In this document: positions 13,001 through 26,207 of the stretch, in pieces
Layout: every line of letters begins with the position of its first letter
How positions within the stretch are numbered: position 1 is the first letter of the stretch
Assembly (NCBI GenBank): GCA_964016885.1
Contig: OZ024740.1
Coordinates: forward strand, 55,986,001-56,050,000
Length of the DNA stretch: 64,000 nt
Direction: 5' to 3'
Source: Eledone cirrhosa
Taxonomy: Eukaryota
Notes under the pieces: model-generated
The model's input: only the letters and a program-made list of their open reading frames with translations
Told to the model about the DNA's origin: nothing
The model's database searches: none
Translations under genes and position numbers: made by a program

Positions 13001-16000
13001 GTGGTGGTGGTGGTGGTAGTTTTGGTGGTGGTGGTGGTAGTGGTGGTGGTGGTAGTTTTGTGGTGGTAGTGGTGGTAGTGGTGATGGTGGTGGTGGTAAT
13101 GGTGGTGGTGGTGGTGTTGATGGTGGTAGTGGTGGTGGTGGTAGTTTTGGTGGACGTGGTGGTGATTGTGTGTTGGTAGCGTTGGTTATGGTGGTTGTGG
13201 TGGTAGTGGTGGTAGTGGTGGTGGTGGTGGTTGTGGTTGTGGTGGTGGTGGTGGTGTTGTTAGTGCTGGTGGTAGTGGTGGTGGTGGTGGTGGTAGTGGT
13301 GGTGGTGGTGGTGGTAGTGGTGGTGGTGGTGGTTGTGTTTGTGGTGGTGGTGGTGGTGTTGTTAGTGCTGGTGGTAGTGGTGGTGGTGGTGGTAGTGGTG
13401 GTGGTTGTGGTGGTGGTGGTAGTGGTGGTGGTGTTGTTGGTAGTGCTAGTGGTAGTGGTTGTGGTGGTAGTTTGGTGGTGGTGGTAGTTTGGGTGGCGGT
13501 AGTGGTGGTAGTGGTGGTGGCGGTGGTACTGGTGGTAGTGGTGGTGGTAGTGTTAGTTTTGGTGGTGGTGGTGGTGGTGGTTGTGGTGGTGGTGGTGTTA
13601 GTAGTGCTTGTGGTAGTGGTGGTGGTGGTGGTGGTAGTGGTCGTGGCGGTGGTACTGGTGGTGGTGGTGTTAGTTTTGGTGGTAGTGGTGGTAGTGGTGG
13701 TGGTGGTGATGGTGGTGGTAATGGCGGTGGTGGTGGTGTTGATGGTGGTAGAGGTGGTGGTGGTAGTGGTGGTGGTGGTGGTAGTGGTGCTGGTGGTGGT
13801 GGTGGTGGTAGTGGTGGTGGTGGTGTTCGTGGTGGTGGTAGTTTTGGTGGTGGTGGTAGTTTGGGTGGCAGTAGTGGTGGTAGTGGTGGTAGTGGTGGTG
13901 GTGGTGTTAGTGTTGGTGGTGGTGGTGGTAGTGGTGGTGGTAGTTTTGGTGGTGGTGGTTGTAGTGGTGGTGGTGTTGGTTGTAGCTTTGGTGGCGGTAG
14001 TGGTGATAGTGGTGATGGTGGTGGTGGTGGTGGTGGTGGTGGTGGTGGTGGTAGTGGTGGTGGTGGTGTTGTTGGTAGTGCTGGTGGTAGTTTTGGTGGT
14101 GGTGGTAGTTTGGGTGGCAGTAGTGGTGGTAGTGGGGTGGCGGTGGTACTGGTCGTAGCGGTGGTGGCGGTGGTACTGGTGGTAGTGGTGGTGGTGGTGT
14201 TAGTTTTGGTGGTGCTGGTGGTAGTGGTGGTTGTTGTGGTGGTAGTGTTGGTAGTGCTTATGGTAGTGGTGGTGGTGGTGGTTGTGGTGGTAGTTTCGGT
14301 GGTGGTGGTAGTTTGGGTGGTGGTAGTGGTGGTAGTGGTGGTGGCGGTGGTACTGGTGGTGGTGGTGTTAGTTTTGGTGGTGGTGGTGGTAGTGGTGATA
14401 GTGGTGGTGGTGGTTGTGTTTGTAGTGTTTGTGGTAGTGGTGGTGGTGGTGGTGGTAATGGCGGTGGGGTGGTGTTGATGGTGGTAGAGGTGGTGGTGGT
14501 ACTGGTGGTGAAGGTGGTGGTAGTGGTCGTGGTGGTGGTGGTGGTGTTGGTAGTGCTGGTGGTAGTAGTGGTGGTGGTAGTTTGGGTGGCGGTAGTGGTG
14601 GTAGTGGTGGTGGTTGTGGTGGTGGTGTTGGTAGTGATGGTGATTGTGGTGGTGGTGGTAGTTTTGGTGGTGGTGGTAGTTTGGGTGGCGGTTGTGGTGG
14701 TAGTGGTGATGGTGGTGGTAATGGTGGTGGTGGTGGTGTTGATGGTGGTAGAGGTGGTGGTGGTAGTGGTGGTGGTAGTGGTGGTGGTAGTAGTGGTGGT
14801 GGTGATGGTGGTGGTGGTGGTGGTGGTAGTGCTGGTGGTAGTGGTGTTGGTGGTGGTAGTTTTGGTGGTGGTGGTGGTAGTGGTGATGGTGGTGGTAATG
14901 GCGGTGGTGGTGGTGTTGATGGTGGTATAGGTGGTGGTGGCTGTTTAGGTGGCTGTCGTGGTGACGGTTGTGGTGGTAGTGGTGGTGGTGGTAATGGCGG
15001 TGATGGTGATGTTGATGGTGGTAGAGGTGGTGGTGGTAGTTTTGGTGGTTGTGGTGGTGATGGTGGTCATGGTGGTAGTGGTGGTGGTGGCGGTGGTACT
15101 GGTAGTAGTGGTGGTGGTGGTGGTAGTTTTGGTGGTTTTGGTGGTAGTGGTGATGGTGGTGGTGGTAATGGCGGTGGTGGTGGTGTTGATGGTGGTAGTG
15201 GTGGTGGTGGTAGTTTTGGTGGCTGGGGTCGTGATGGCGTGATGGTAGCGGTGGTGATTGTGGTTGTGGTGGTAGTGGTGGTAGTGGTGGTAGTGGCGGT
15301 GGTGGTGGTGGTGTTAGTGCTGATTGTAGTGGTGGTGGAAGTGGTGGTGGTGGTGGTGGTAGTGGTGGTGGTGGTGGTGGTGGTGGTGCTATTGTTGGTG
15401 GTAGTTTGGGTGGTGGTAGTGGTGGTGGTATTAATGGTGGTGGTGGTGGTGGTGGTGGTGGTGGTGGTGGTAGTGCTGGTGGTAGTGGTGTTGGTGGTGG
15501 TAGTTTTGGTGGTGGTGGTGGTATTGTTGGTGGTAGTTTGGGTGGCGGTAGTGGTGGTAGTGATTGTGGCGGTGATACTGGTGGTAGTGGTGGTGGTGGT
15601 GGTAGTGGTAGTTGTGGTGGTGTTGGTGTTGGTATTGCTTGTGGTAGTGGTGGTGGTGGTGGTAGTAGTTTTGGTGGTGGTAGTAGTTTGGGTGGCGGTA
15701 GTGGTGGTAGTGGTGGTGGCGGTTGTACTGGTGGTTGTGATAGTGGTGGTGGCGGTGGCGGTGGTACTGGTGGTAGTGGTGGTGGTGGTGGTAGTTTTGT
15801 TGGTGGTGGTGGTATTGGTGGTGGTGGTGGTGGTAGTTTTGGTGGCGGTACTAGTGGTAGTGGTGATGGTGGTTGTGGTAATGACGGTGATGGTGGTTGT
15901 GGTGGTGGTGGTGGTGGTGGTGGTGGTGGTAGTAGTTTTGATGGTGGTACTTTTGGTGGCGGTAATGGTGATGGTGGTGCTGGTAGTGATGATGGTGGTA

Positions 16001-16665
16001 GTGGTGGTGGTGGTGGTGGTAGTTTTGGTGGTGGTGGTAGTTTGGGTGGCGGTAGTGGTGGTAGTGGTGGTGGCGGTGGTACTGGTGGTAGTGGTGGTGG
16101 TGGTGTTAGTTTTGGTGGTGGTGGTTGTGGTGGTGCTGGTGCTGGTAGTGCTTGTGGTAGTGGTGGTTGTGGTGGTGGTGGTAGTTTTGGTGGTGGTGTT
16201 AGTTTGTGTGGCGGTAGTGGTGGTTGTCTTGATGGTGTTGGTGGTAACGGCGGTAGAGGTGGTGGTGGTAGTTTTGGTGGTTGTCGTGGTGATGGTGGTG
16301 GTGATAGTTGTGGTGGCGGTGGCGGTGGTACTGGTGGTAGTGATGGTGGTGGTAGTTTTGTTGGTGGTGGTGGTAGTGTTGGTGGTGGTAGTTTTGGTGG
16401 CGGTACTAGTGGTAGTGGTGATGGTGGTGGTGGTAATGGCGGTGATGGTGGTTGTGGTGGTAGTGGTGGTGGTAGTGGTTGTGGTGGTGGTAGTAATTTT
16501 GGTGGTGGTAGTTTTGGTGGCGGTAATGGTGATGGTGGTGCTAGTAGTGGTAATGGTGGTGGTGGTGGTAATTTTTGTGTTGGTAGTGGTGGTGGTGGTG
16601 CTTGTGGTGATGGTGGTGATGGTGGTGGTGATGGTGATGGTGGTGGAGGTAGTGGTACTGGTCTG
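10078..16665. repeat. 6.6-kb degenerate (GGT)n array with higher-order repeats
   Basis: GGT backbone with recurring blocks such as agttttggtggtggtggtagtttgggtggcggtagt and gatggtggtggtaatggcggtggtggtggtgttgatggtggtagaggt. The triplet phase shifts many times along the array. Confidence 0.9.
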
Positions 16666-17171
16666 GTCGGTAACGGGGAGGGTATTTTTGTTCTGATAGA
16701 TGCTCAACAAAACCTGTTGATCTTAGGCTGAAAATACAATTTTTGCTGTTGCTTCTGTCGTCGTTGTTGTTTTTCTAGTGTTGTGTTGAGCTGATGATGG
16801 GGACGGTGTTCAGATTAACTGTTGCTAAGGTAGGAAAGGAAACGTCATATTCTGATGTGGCTTCACCTGTTTTGTTATTACTGATTCGTTTCATGATGGT
16901 GTTGGAAAATGTTCTTTCTTTTTTTTTTTAACAAGAAGGGCGTGATGAGAAATTGTATTGTCGGATTTTTCTTCAACTAAGAATCCCAAAATGTATTTTT
17001 TCTTCTGTCTCGAAAGGCACAAAATAAGGACCACTCTTTTTCCATTGGAAATAGGATGCCATATTAACTAGAAAATAACAGAAACTGTAAAATATGTGTG
17101 TTTTATACAATGGAAACAAAGAACTTACTGGAGCCGAAGCGTTACGCGTCTGGAGTAGCAAATATACTACT

Positions 17172-17217
<46 letters not shown>

Positions 17218-17451
17218 TATATATATATATATAAAGCTATATTTACTTACATTAATACATGGATTTCTGTCAAATTTATGCATTTGCAAGAGTAGCATAT
17301 AGGAATTCATATCAAATATATTTTTGTGTATGCATGACAGTATATATGTCTATCTAAATCTATAGTTATATGAATAAATAAATATATATATATTTATATG
17401 GATGTGTGTGCATGCGTGTGTTTGTGTCTGCGAATGTTATATACAATCATA

Positions 17452-17624
<173 letters not shown>

Positions 17625-18499
17625 CAAGGTTATTTTTTACAAATTAGAATAAAAAATGCGTAATATAAAATGAAATGTGTGATGAGTAAGGTTTTTTATT
17701 TTATTTTATTTTTTGTTTCTAGGGAAATCATTTGCCGCCATTATGATTGTCAGTTATTATTCATGCCAAACAGCATAGATGGAGTTATAGTACATTAAAT
17801 CTATTTAGTGTTTCTTACTCGGTGCTGATTCATTATTATCAGGTCATTTCATCTATTCCCACATCATCCTCGAATGAAATCGCTGTTTTAGTGTCTTAAA
17901 TGAGACGTCGAATTATTCCTTCAGGCTAATTTCTTGTACATGCAGTCAACAATTTCTGATAATTTCTCTCTGCCACCACCAGTAACACTATCATCGCTTC
18001 AGCACTACTAACACTACAAGCACTGTCACTTGCGAAATATATATGGGAGGGTGGGTTGAAATATAGTAATGCTTAGATACAGAAGGCTAAAATGCCGAAC
18101 AAACCTTGGAATTGTTCTCACCAGATCATTCGTGGTAACTATAGTAAAAGAAAACTTACTGTTAGATGCAGCTTGCATGATTCGCATAGAACTTCAACAA
18201 CACGGAAATGTGCACGCGATCTGTTTTGCCAGAGAAATCAGCGTCCTGCTGATTTTACATTCTCTGATGAAGAGGAAAGCTAAAGATGTATGTACTTAAT
18301 GCCGATCATTTAATTTACCTTACCACGCGAACTCAATAAATATCTCTCTTGAAAAATACCTTAACAGACCGCCACCAGCGCACCAACTAAACATTTCGTA
18401 AATCTTAGTCGAATGTCTTATTGCCTTTATCTTCAGAAGTATTGATTTTCTTCATATATTGGCACATACCAGTGTAGAGATGTATAGTCGATACAATCG

Positions 18500-18585
18500 A
18501 ATCTATTATATGACGGGTCCTCATTTCATCTACATGGAGATATTAAAAGCAAAGTTAAGCCCTGCTGGATATTAAACTCAACACG
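18500..18585 (-). mobile_element. Highly diverged SINE core fragment
   Basis: ggagatattaaaagcaaagttaagccctgctggatattaaactca resembles aaaggcaaagttaacctcggcgggatttgaactca. Confidence 0.4.
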
Positions 18586-18765
18586 TATGTATCTCTTAAT
18601 TACAATTTTCAGTTTGTTCTTAAATATTTAAGATGGCTAATTGTCAAAATCGTTAGGTTGTGAATAAAACTGGCATGTTATTTGAACCAGCATATTACGT
18701 TATGAGTTCAACTTTCATCTTTTCGAAGTCGTTAAATACTGCACTATTCCAGTAGTGGAATCATT

Positions 18766-18767
<2 letters not shown>

Positions 18768-18827
<60 letters not shown>

Positions 18828-18875
18828 TCTCTCTCTCCCTCTCTCTCTCTTTCTCTCCCTTTCTCTCTTTCTCTG
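18768..18875. repeat. (CT)n microsatellite
   Basis: Seen directly. Confidence 0.95.
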
Positions 18876-20998
18876 CAAGAAATACGCTCTGTTTCGATGG
18901 AAAGGGATGGGGTTAATCAGATTTTAAATGCCAAAGGCATGCCGTATGTCAAGATGGTGCCTTTTCGAATCCATCAGGATTGAAGAGTTTCTCCACTTCT
19001 CACTCTTAATTATTTAAGAGCGATGATTTATTACGAATTCTTACATACTTTATTACATTTTTTCTACTTTGTTCACTACTTTGAACACTAATTTCATGCA
19101 AATTTAATGAGTTCATATGTTCGTCAGTTCAATAATGGAGCCTCTGCGAATGCGCTAACCTGCTAGTAATTCCTTCGAATCACACACTGCCTCATTGAAA
19201 CCTAAATACACATTTAATAATGTAATCCAAGAAACACTATATATTATCTGGGGCTAAACAATAGGAATAGCAGAGCAGCAGCAACGGAATTTTACTTGCG
19301 AAACAATAAAACAATATATAAAACAATAAAACAATATATAACTCTATCTCGTGTTATTATTTTTACACTCTTTCCTACGTTCCTCTATACCCTATATGTC
19401 TCATTCTACATTTCCTCTTACATCTCTCTCATTACCACCAGATTCTGTTACCCGAAGATTTCTCCATCTGCATTGTTGAGGCTTCCAAAACAACCAATTT
19501 TATTATTCCACAATGCTTCAAGCAAACTTCAGCAATCTCTTAAAAATATCTATTATATTTGTTGTTAATGCTGTTGATGTGGTGTTGTTGGTTAGCTCAG
19601 GTCGAGGTCTAACATAGTAATAGTCTGATCAAAGCATTCTAACCATAACGACCCGCCATTTATTTACAGCTAGATCAGCATCATCTAATTTCGCTTCCAT
19701 AAAAAGTAGGATGAATGTTTTGGAGGAATCTTTTCTATGTAGTCGACGACTACATAGAGTCTCCGACGTTGATTCGTATATATTATGACTGGAAGATGAC
19801 GTACGAATACAGTGGACCTGACAGTAAAGACAAACCAGCCATGTGCTATTGAGGAATTAATCTCAAATAAGACGCGAAACAATTATACATTTTCTTCATT
19901 CCGATTGCAAGCATGATTTTTCCATCTCTTTATCACCCTCTCTTATTATTCTATGCACGTCTGTGGGTGTGCTTACGCGTATGTGTGTAAGTCTGTGTGT
20001 TTATATATATAAGTGCCGAGGTATTTATATATGTGTGTGTGCGTGTGTGTATGTGCATGTTTGTGTGTGCGTGTGTGCGTATGTGTATTTGTGTATATAT
20101 ATATATATATATAATTAGTAATGGTGAACGCGAGCATTAGAGCTCAATACCATATTAGAGACTAATAATTTATTAAGAGACATGTATTTGAACAAAGAGC
20201 AGAAGCGAAAATGCCTAACGAGAGCACTTTCCATGTCGTATCAATAGACTCTCCTTTTTTTAATTTAGTGGGGAAAATATTTCAGTCAACCTTGATTATT
20301 CTTGCAATTTCAAAACTGAAATTTTCTTTTGGGTTGTTCAGATAATGAGAAGGAAGCAACGAAGAGAAATCCTATAGTCTAAGTATATTGTGTAACAACT
20401 TAAGATAATGCTGAAGAAGTGGTCATTGTCTTTAAGTCCACTTGGTGAACGCAATCGCTGCCTCGTTCGGATGAAGTCTCCTTGGTTTCAGTTTTTCTTT
20501 CAAGCATGCTATATTGAAAACATGACGGTATTTGAGTTTAATTTCTTTAGTGAATACGAAACCAAATTAAATAGGAAAAAACAAATTATTTAATAACATT
20601 ACTGGCCAATTGAGAATAACTTAAAACATCTAGAAAATTACCTGGGGAAGTTTTATTAATCGCAAAGTAGAAAATAAAAATGAACGCACAGACACGCCAT
20701 ACGTGAGATAAACTGTCAAAGTAACCATTATTTGACCATTAAACAAAATTAGTTCCGGCAATGAGAATTTTAGTAATGGCAATATCATTTCCTATTAAAG
20801 TGGCGACAACACAATCTGACCAGCATTCATTCAGAAAATGAGACCGATGATATGAGACACTAATGGACTAAAGGGCGTTATGGTGTGATGTAGGGTAATA
20901 TGGTAGTGTAGCAGTATAATAATGTAGCAATATAGTAATGTAGCAATATAGTAATGTAGCAATATTTTTCACATCTTGAAATTTAGTCTTAAACTGTT

Positions 20999-21023
20999 GC
21001 GGCCCAAGGTTTGGGAACCACTG
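20999..21023. mobile_element. hAT (Charlie-like) terminal inverted repeat remnant
   Basis: ggtttgggaaccactg is the reverse complement of CAGTGGTTCCCAAACC. I could not find the partner end. Confidence 0.4.
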
Positions 21024-22153
21024 CTCTAAAATATGTGAAGTCCTTCCCATAGATTCTTTATAAATAAAACTGATCCGGGGTTCGTTGTTCAATGTGGTGC
21101 GGTAAATAATATATACATATATACCAGGTCCGAACCTAACTCCCACTGTTACTGCGTCCGTCTCTCCTGCCTTCTCTAAGTCCCACTATTATGAGCAACT
21201 GGGGGGGGGGGGGGGGCTGACGCCTCGCGGCCCCGGCGGTAGAATTGAGAAGGCTGTTTCTAAACTCATTGCCATCCTGTAAAATTGAAGTCCCAAATTC
21301 AATACCAGTGTGCGGCAAAATGAACATGTAGCTTTTAAAATAAACTCGTACCAACTCAAACAAATGTAGCGAGTTAAAATGCGAATTGCGAGGACATGAC
21401 ATGCGGAAAACCCTCAGGTGGATTATACCTATCATTCAAACTGGCAACATATTCACACATAAATGTGCACACACACATACATATACATATATGAATGTAT
21501 AAATGATATATGTATATATATATATGTGTGTGTATGTGTGTGCGTGTGTAAATATATATATATGAGGGGCTTGATTGTGTAGGTCTGCCTGTATATATAT
21601 ATATATGTGTGTGTGTGTATGTATGTATGCATGTATCTATGTCTATGTATTCATGCGTTAAAAACAGTTATATCTATTCGTGTATTGTTTGAAACTGTAT
21701 ATATATTTCGCCTCTCTTTATGATTATGTAGGTGTGCTACATGTATGTCTGCACGAGCGTGTGTGTATATACTTGTAAAGTGTACATTTAATATATATGG
21801 TTGCCGTATGCAATGATAATAACCTTTCTTCCTTCACTACTTCATACTTCTTCATCTGCTGCAGCTAATGATGCTATTGCTTTTCTTACAATCACAGTAC
21901 GATTTGATATTAAACCACATACCTTACCTCCCTTGAAGTCCTATTACATTCCTTGCGGTGGGTAAAGAGTTTACGCCGCAGAGGTAATATTCTCCATTGC
22001 AAGAAACCGAATGACGTTTACGCGGTTCAATCTAATCAAAATGTGTGAAATGTGAGCTGAGAAATAGAACAATACAACTCTTTGACACGTAAAAATACTT
22101 CAAAATTGTCAAAATGAATCTACATAGATATATTTAATCTACACGAACTAAAT

Positions 22154-22184
<31 letters not shown>

Positions 22185-22194
22185 ACGCACACGC

Positions 22195-22282
<88 letters not shown>

Positions 22283-22530
22283 CCACACAGACACACACCC
22301 AAACACACACATAAACACACACACACTCCCACAGAAACAAAAACAGTCATACATACAAACAGACACAATAACATATGCGCACACACGCAGAAACACAGAC
22401 ACACTCACATACACACACACACACACAGAGAAATAAACAAACACACAAAGAAACAAAAACAGACATACACACAGATAGACACAATCACATACGCGCGCAC
22501 AATCACACACACATATTCACATACACACGC
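22154..22530. repeat. (CA)n and degenerate CA-rich tract
   Basis: Seen directly. Confidence 0.9.
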
Positions 22531-22743
22531 ATAGCGATGGGTGTGTATGTGAGTCAAAGCACTTTGAAGTTGTATTAGGTGTACTCATTAATATAAATAT
22601 TTATTCATATGATAGAGAAATATGAATAATTTCAACATTATTAGCAGTTTATCAATAAACTGGCTATTCATGGCTTCACTATATTCCTGGTAACAAGACG
22701 AATAAAGATTACGCTCTAAATCGATGCACAATATAGAGTGTAA

Positions 22744-23088
22744 TGTATTGCAAAATACATTATATATACATTCATATATATATTGCTATTTCAGAGCTCC
22801 AATTCTAATTTTCAATTTCTGCCTGACCGGCAACCGCTCTGTATAATCAGTCCCTGATTATTTACTAGAATTCTATAAGAATATAACATCAGTGATCTCA
22901 GTAGACAGGAGGGAGTAGTTAGCCCTGATAAGCATTAAAAAATGCGAAACAAGGCCTTGTCGGCTTTATCTCCCCCTGTTTGCTGAGATTAAAGTAAGTG
23001 AGTTTGTCACTACTCTAAAACAATAGCATACGGTCTTCAAAATGCTTTTAATTAAGCATAAAGTGTATTGCAAAATACATTATATATA
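22744..23088 (+). mobile_element. 320-bp retrozyme-like monomer with 25-bp terminal direct repeat
   Basis: tgtattgcaaaatacattatatata occurs at 22744-22768 and 23064-23088, enclosing an HHR. No ORF is present. Confidence 0.55.
22894..22990 (+). ncRNA. Type I hammerhead with extended stem I (one core substitution, CUGAUAA)
   Basis: agcc CTGATAA gcatt aaaa aatgc GAAAC aaggcctt GTC ggct. The distal stem I pairs gatctcagtagacagg with cctgtttgctgagatt. Confidence 0.8.
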
Positions 23089-23091
23089 TAT

Positions 23092-25895
23092 ACCATCGAC
23101 ATCATCGATTTAACGTCTTCCCTTGTAAGCAAGGGTTGGACGGGTCACCTAGACCGACTCACTACTGAAGCAGAACTACTGATCTGTGTCTCGCTTATGT
23201 ACGGGATCTCGCTCCACCGATTGCACAGGAGAGATGTCATGTCTTTGGTATAATTAAGGGTCCTCCCTATCCTTTGTTCGGCAAGACCTCTACAGCTGGA
23301 TGCCCTTTCTATCACCAACCACTTTATTGCGTGTAATGGGCACGTTTATCGTGTAAATCTCAAAACACTAGGAAGGCCGTCATGCCATTGACATGACTGA
23401 AGGTTCTTCCAAACGCTTTGTTTGGCACACCCACCATGGATGTTTGCCCTTCCCATCATCAACCACTTCACACGGAGGCAGCTGTCTTCGCAAACTCCTA
23501 CCAATTCTTCTTGTGTCTGCCTCTTCCACGGGTCCCAGCCACTGGGGTTTCTCTGCATTTCTGGATGCAACTGTTATCTTCCATGATCACCACATTTCCA
23601 TACAAACGCAGTATTCTCTCTTGCACACTACATCCAATTGTTCTCATGCCAAGTTTTTTCCTCAGTTTGCTTATACTATGTCTCTCATGCGCACTAACAT
23701 TACACATCTATTGGAGCATACTCTACACATTTCTTTTTACCGTCCAAGTTTTCTCCAGTCAAGGCCGTTGTTTCACTGCCATAGAGCATAGCAGTTTTCA
23801 CACAATCAACATACAGTCTGCTCTTCACTTGAGAGAAAAGAATGTTGTTGTTAGCAGCCGCAGTAGATCACTAAACGTTTTCCAGCATGTTTTTTCTTAT
23901 CCAAGTTATCACACATTCAGTGCATCCTCCTCCCCTAATAATTTGATCGCCTCTATATGAAAATGTATCAACAACTTCTAGGGAGCCCCCTTTCAGCTGA
24001 GGGAATCTATTTCACGTATGCTTTTTAAACTCAATTCACCTGTTCATCTGCTATATATAAAATCTATATTTTCACTTAGCCTACCTGCAATCCTGCTACA
24101 TCAATATAGTGTACATCATTTTCATTGTGTGCGCGTTATAGAATTTCTGCTCACACCTTTCTGACTTACCAAACAAGGCCACTGTTCTGATGGCATCACT
24201 TTCCTGTCTTCTTTCCAACGTATTAAGACTTTCCTCTTTGCGAAATATGTTTTTAGGCCTTTAAAATCTATATTCTTCCTTGCTTGAAATGTTGCTTCTA
24301 ACTCTCCTATGAATTCAGTTATGAGGATAATGTCGTCAGCATATAGGAGCTCCCATGGAGTGCCAGTTTTAAACACCTGATTGATGGCTTGAAACACAAT
24401 GATAAACAAGAATTGACTGAGGACTGATCCCTGTTGGACTCCCACCGGCACTTTAAATTCATCACTGTACTGATTGATAACTCTCACTCTGCTGATTGCT
24501 CTATTACACGTGGCCTGCACGGCCCGCAGAGCCCATTCGTCTACAGCAAGCTTCATAAGTGCCTATTAGAGCGTGGGATTCTGTCAAAAGTCTTCTCCAG
24601 CTCTACACATTCTAGAGACAGTGGATTACTCTTAGCTAAGTACCAATCTTGTAGATATCGCACCAAAAGGAGGGCTTTAGTAGTACCCCTACCTAGTATA
24701 AATCCAAACTGCATCCCATCCTACTGGTCCAGCTGCTTTCCCTACCTCCATATCCCTTAATTGCATTATCAGTCATATTTCTCTCAACCTGTATGGCTGG
24801 TACCTTAGTAAATCCTCGCTGTCTCATTTATTTTCTTCGTTCAGGAGTCTCTCATAGTATGTCTTCCATTCTTCCTTCCTTTCGACGGCAGGCATGACAA
24901 TTGCTTCCCTGTCATGCGGGACACACTTTTCTCCAACCACATCACGATTTTCTCTAGCATACTGTCTGGCAATCCTGATTTTCACGATGCAGAACATATG
25001 CAGACTTCTTCTTTTCTGCCTCTTCCCTCGTTAGATATATTTGGCGCCTGGCCTCCCCGCTATCTGGTTTTGCTCTGTCTCCTCCGTTTCTCCATCTTCT
25101 CGAGGTTTTTTTTTGTTTTGTTTTAATTACTCTTTCTACCTTGTCATTCCACTATCATGTCACTCTCCATCTTCGCGGGACCTTGCCCCAGCCGCGGACA
25201 GAACTCGTGGCTTCCAGCAGGTTTTTCCATTGAAATCCCCAATGTTTTCCCTGTGTTATATGTCCCTAAATCTTCTTTCTTACTGACATAGGCATCAAGA
25301 AAAGATGAGGGTTCTCTCAGCTTCCATGTCTTCCTTCTCCTGACTGGCTTTTGTCTCTTGGTCAACTTAGCCCTTACTCTTAGATCACTTATAACTAATC
25401 TATGTTGGGAGATACATTACTCCCCAGGCAAAAAATCTGTATTTACAACCATTTGGCTGTCTCGTTTCCTGGTGAGGAGAAAGTCTATATTTTGCTTGTA
25501 TGGCCGCGAGAATGGTAGGTAATCAGGCTGTTTACTGGTTTCTTGAAGTTTGTGTTACATATCATAAAGTCGAGATCATCACAGAACTCCAGGAACCTAG
25601 TCCTTTCCTCGAATCTTGTGCCATGTCCGTAGCCTCCGTGTATGATAGGAAATCCGTCATGCTGTTTCCGAAAATATCCATTGAAGTCACTAGCAGCGAT
25701 CATAAGATCACTCACATCTGTGATTGAGGTAATCAGTAGAAGGGCCTCACAGAAATTGTCGTTTTGTTCGTCAGCAAGTCCAGCTTGTGGGATATATGAG
25801 ATAATATAGTGGCTTTAGTATTACCCAAGCCTAGTCTAAGTTCAATTATTTTGTCACTTACTTTGACTATCGCAATCACCTAGTCTACTCAACTC
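23092..25895 (-). mobile_element. Degenerate RTE-clade LINE (APE endonuclease + RT + 3' UTR)
   Basis: APE motifs IAASDFNG..GGYGHG..LEFCD..ICNTNFKK..ITY at 25485-25715. RT motifs VGVQQGSVLSQFLF..LLYADD at 24122-24556. C-terminal RLYGNV..G.RGRGR.KK.W at 23498-23707. Many stops and frameshifts. Confidence 0.9.
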
Positions 25896-25935
25896 TCAGC
25901 GAGGAGCATTCCTACTCCACCCACCCAGAAATATA

Positions 25936-25973
25936 TATTTATATATATATATATACATGTGTGTGTGTGTATG

Positions 25974-26072
<99 letters not shown>

Positions 26073-26086
26073 GGTGTGTGTGTATG

Positions 26087-26133
<47 letters not shown>

Positions 26134-26146
26134 GTGTGTGTGTATG

Positions 26147-26203
<57 letters not shown>
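25936..26203. repeat. (TA)n-rich microsatellite block
   Basis: Seen directly. Confidence 0.95.

Positions 26204-26207
<4 letters not shown>

Noticed and set aside
10134-16710. Long poly-Val, poly-Gly and poly-Thr ORFs as annotated genes
   Set aside because: Open frames are expected in GGT repeats, the starts are mostly GTG/TTG, and the phase shifts repeatedly. Kept only as a hypothesis in the findings.
18259-18289. CTGATGA agag GAAA gcta hammerhead-like string
   Set aside because: No stem II, a mismatch in stem I, and no repeat context
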